The notes under the pieces: generated by a model
Database searches by the model: none
Told to the model about the DNA's origin: nothing
What the model saw: only the letters and a program-made list of their open reading frames with translations
Shown here: positions 62,857 to 64,000 of the stretch, in pieces
Position numbering within the stretch: position 1 is the stretch's first letter
How the letters are laid out: every line of letters begins with the position of its first letter
NCBI GenBank assembly: GCA_035389045.1
Contig: DAOORA010000003.1
Coordinates: forward strand, 1-64,000
Length of the DNA: 64,000 bases
DNA from: Bacteroidales bacterium
GTDB lineage: Bacteria; Bacteroidota; Bacteroidia; Bacteroidales; CAIWKO01
Direction: 5' to 3'
Translations under genes and position numbers: made by a program

Positions 62857-62951
62857 AACGATATTTTTTTTAAATTTGTCTATATTTTAAAACAAAATGA
62901 TTTAATTTGCGTATAAAATTGTTCAGAACAAAATTAAATAAAAAAATAACA

Positions 62952-63317
62952 ATGAAAATAGTTCTACCGAAAAATGTATTTGCGATACTTATGGTTGCAG
63001 GCTTGTTTTTTCTTGTTTTTTATGGCTGTAAAAAAGAAAGCACTGACTGTACGGCAATAATCACCGCGAAACAATTGAATGACACCAATGTGGTCGTTTC
63101 TTATGCAGATATTATTATTGCTCCTCAGTATCAAGATGTTAGAGTTGAAGGAAAAACAGATATCGCAGGTATTTTTCAACATGTTTTCAAGTATGAAGGC
63201 ATTCTTGATGTAATTGTTTTTAAACCCATAACAGGAACTACAGATTCATTGATCGGCAGGGGTGTTATCCGGTTAAAACCGGGAGAAACCACCCTGAAAA
63301 CAATTTTTGTAAAGTAA
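62952..63317 (+). CDS. hypothetical lipoprotein
   Basis: hydrophobic leader ending FYGC followed by KKE. Confidence 0.65.
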   Translation: MKIVLPKNVFAILMVAGLFFLVFYGCKKESTDCTAIITAKQLNDTNVVVSYADIIIAPQYQDVRVEGKTDIAGIFQHVFKYEGILDVIVFKPITGTTDSLIGRGVIRLKPGETTLKTIFVK

Positions 63318-63905
63318 TCATTCGCTGGCAGGGGGTTTCATAACCTCATTATAACAATTTCTGCACAAAGGTTCATAAGTATCTGTTTCTCCAAGCAAGA
63401 CTAGTTTATTATTTTCGACCATACGATGTGATACGTGTGCCAGGCTGCCGCAACGCACACAGATAGCATGTACCTTGGTAACGTACTCTGCAGAGGCCAT
63501 CAGCGCCGGCATAGGCCCAAAAGGTTTTCCGAGATAATCCATGTCGAGGCCGGCAACAATGACCCGTATTCCGCGATCGGCCAGCATATTGCAAACATTG
63601 ATGATCTCTGCATCAAAAAACTGAGCCTCATCAATACCCACAACATCCACATCCGTAGAGAGCAGCAGGATTTCTGAAGAAGAATCTACGGGTGTGGATT
63701 TAATCGAGTTTTCATCATGGGATACCACATTTTCTAAATCGTAACGGGTGTCCACAGCAGGTTTGAAAATCTCAACACGTTGTTTTGCATATTTGGCTCG
63801 TTTCAACAAACGTATCAATTCTTCGGTTTTGCCGGAAAACATCGATCCGCAAATGACTTCGATATATCCTTTTCTGCACGTTTCATGGGTTTTTTCTGTA
63901 AACAT
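63318..63905 (-). CDS. tdk: thymidine kinase
   Basis: [12 protein letters not shown]-loop, IDEAQFF, GLDMD, CxxC...YEPLCRNC. Confidence 0.97.
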   Translation of the reverse strand: MFTEKTHETCRKGYIEVICGSMFSGKTEELIRLLKRAKYAKQRVEIFKPAVDTRYDLENVVSHDENSIKSTPVDSSSEILLLSTDVDVVGIDEAQFFDAEIINVCNMLADRGIRVIVAGLDMDYLGKPFGPMPALMASAEYVTKVHAICVRCGSLAHVSHRMVENNKLVLLGETDTYEPLCRNCYNEVMKPPASE

Positions 63906-64000
63906 TGCCGGGAGTATTAAAATTTTATAATTTTATGCCTGTAAAATATCGCAAATTTAATATTAACCTTTAAGTTTTCAAATATGGCAATCAATCTTGT

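Noticed and set aside
1..64000. tRNA, rRNA, integrase or transposase genes
   Set aside because: None recognised by eye; a tRNAscan-SE/Rfam/HMM scan would be needed to exclude divergent ones

Overview
A 64 kb chromosomal segment of a Bacteroidota (Bacteroidales-like) genome, judged from the SusC/SusD pair, TAnnTTTG -7 promoter elements and gene content. It is a scaffold with two 100-N gaps. Most of it is core genome: glnS, folB, terC, yraN, an rluB-like gene, rnr, nadA, rpiB, lutB, korAB-type oxidoreductase genes, ybeY, mnmG, pheS and tdk. It appears origin-proximal, with a likely oriC between nadA and rpiB (~37.4-37.9 kb) and two parS palindromes bracketing mnmG. The exception is a ~15 kb AT-rich accessory island (9540-24596) downstream of three tandem ompA paralogues. 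It is bounded by a ~200 bp direct repeat and has no visible integrase. It encodes the most interesting candidate system: a signal peptide/leucine-rich-repeat/TM/histidine kinase receptor, a response regulator with an unrecognised output domain, and a secreted caspase-family protease operon. Three promoters there share an 11-bp tandem repeat at identical spacing from the -7 element, suggesting a self-contained regulon. The island also carries unrecognised exported proteins, a 36-repeat DUF4116-like solenoid, a catalytically degenerate PBP-like gene broken by a TAG, and a MITE-like element. All family assignments come from motif recognition by eye; no database searches were run.
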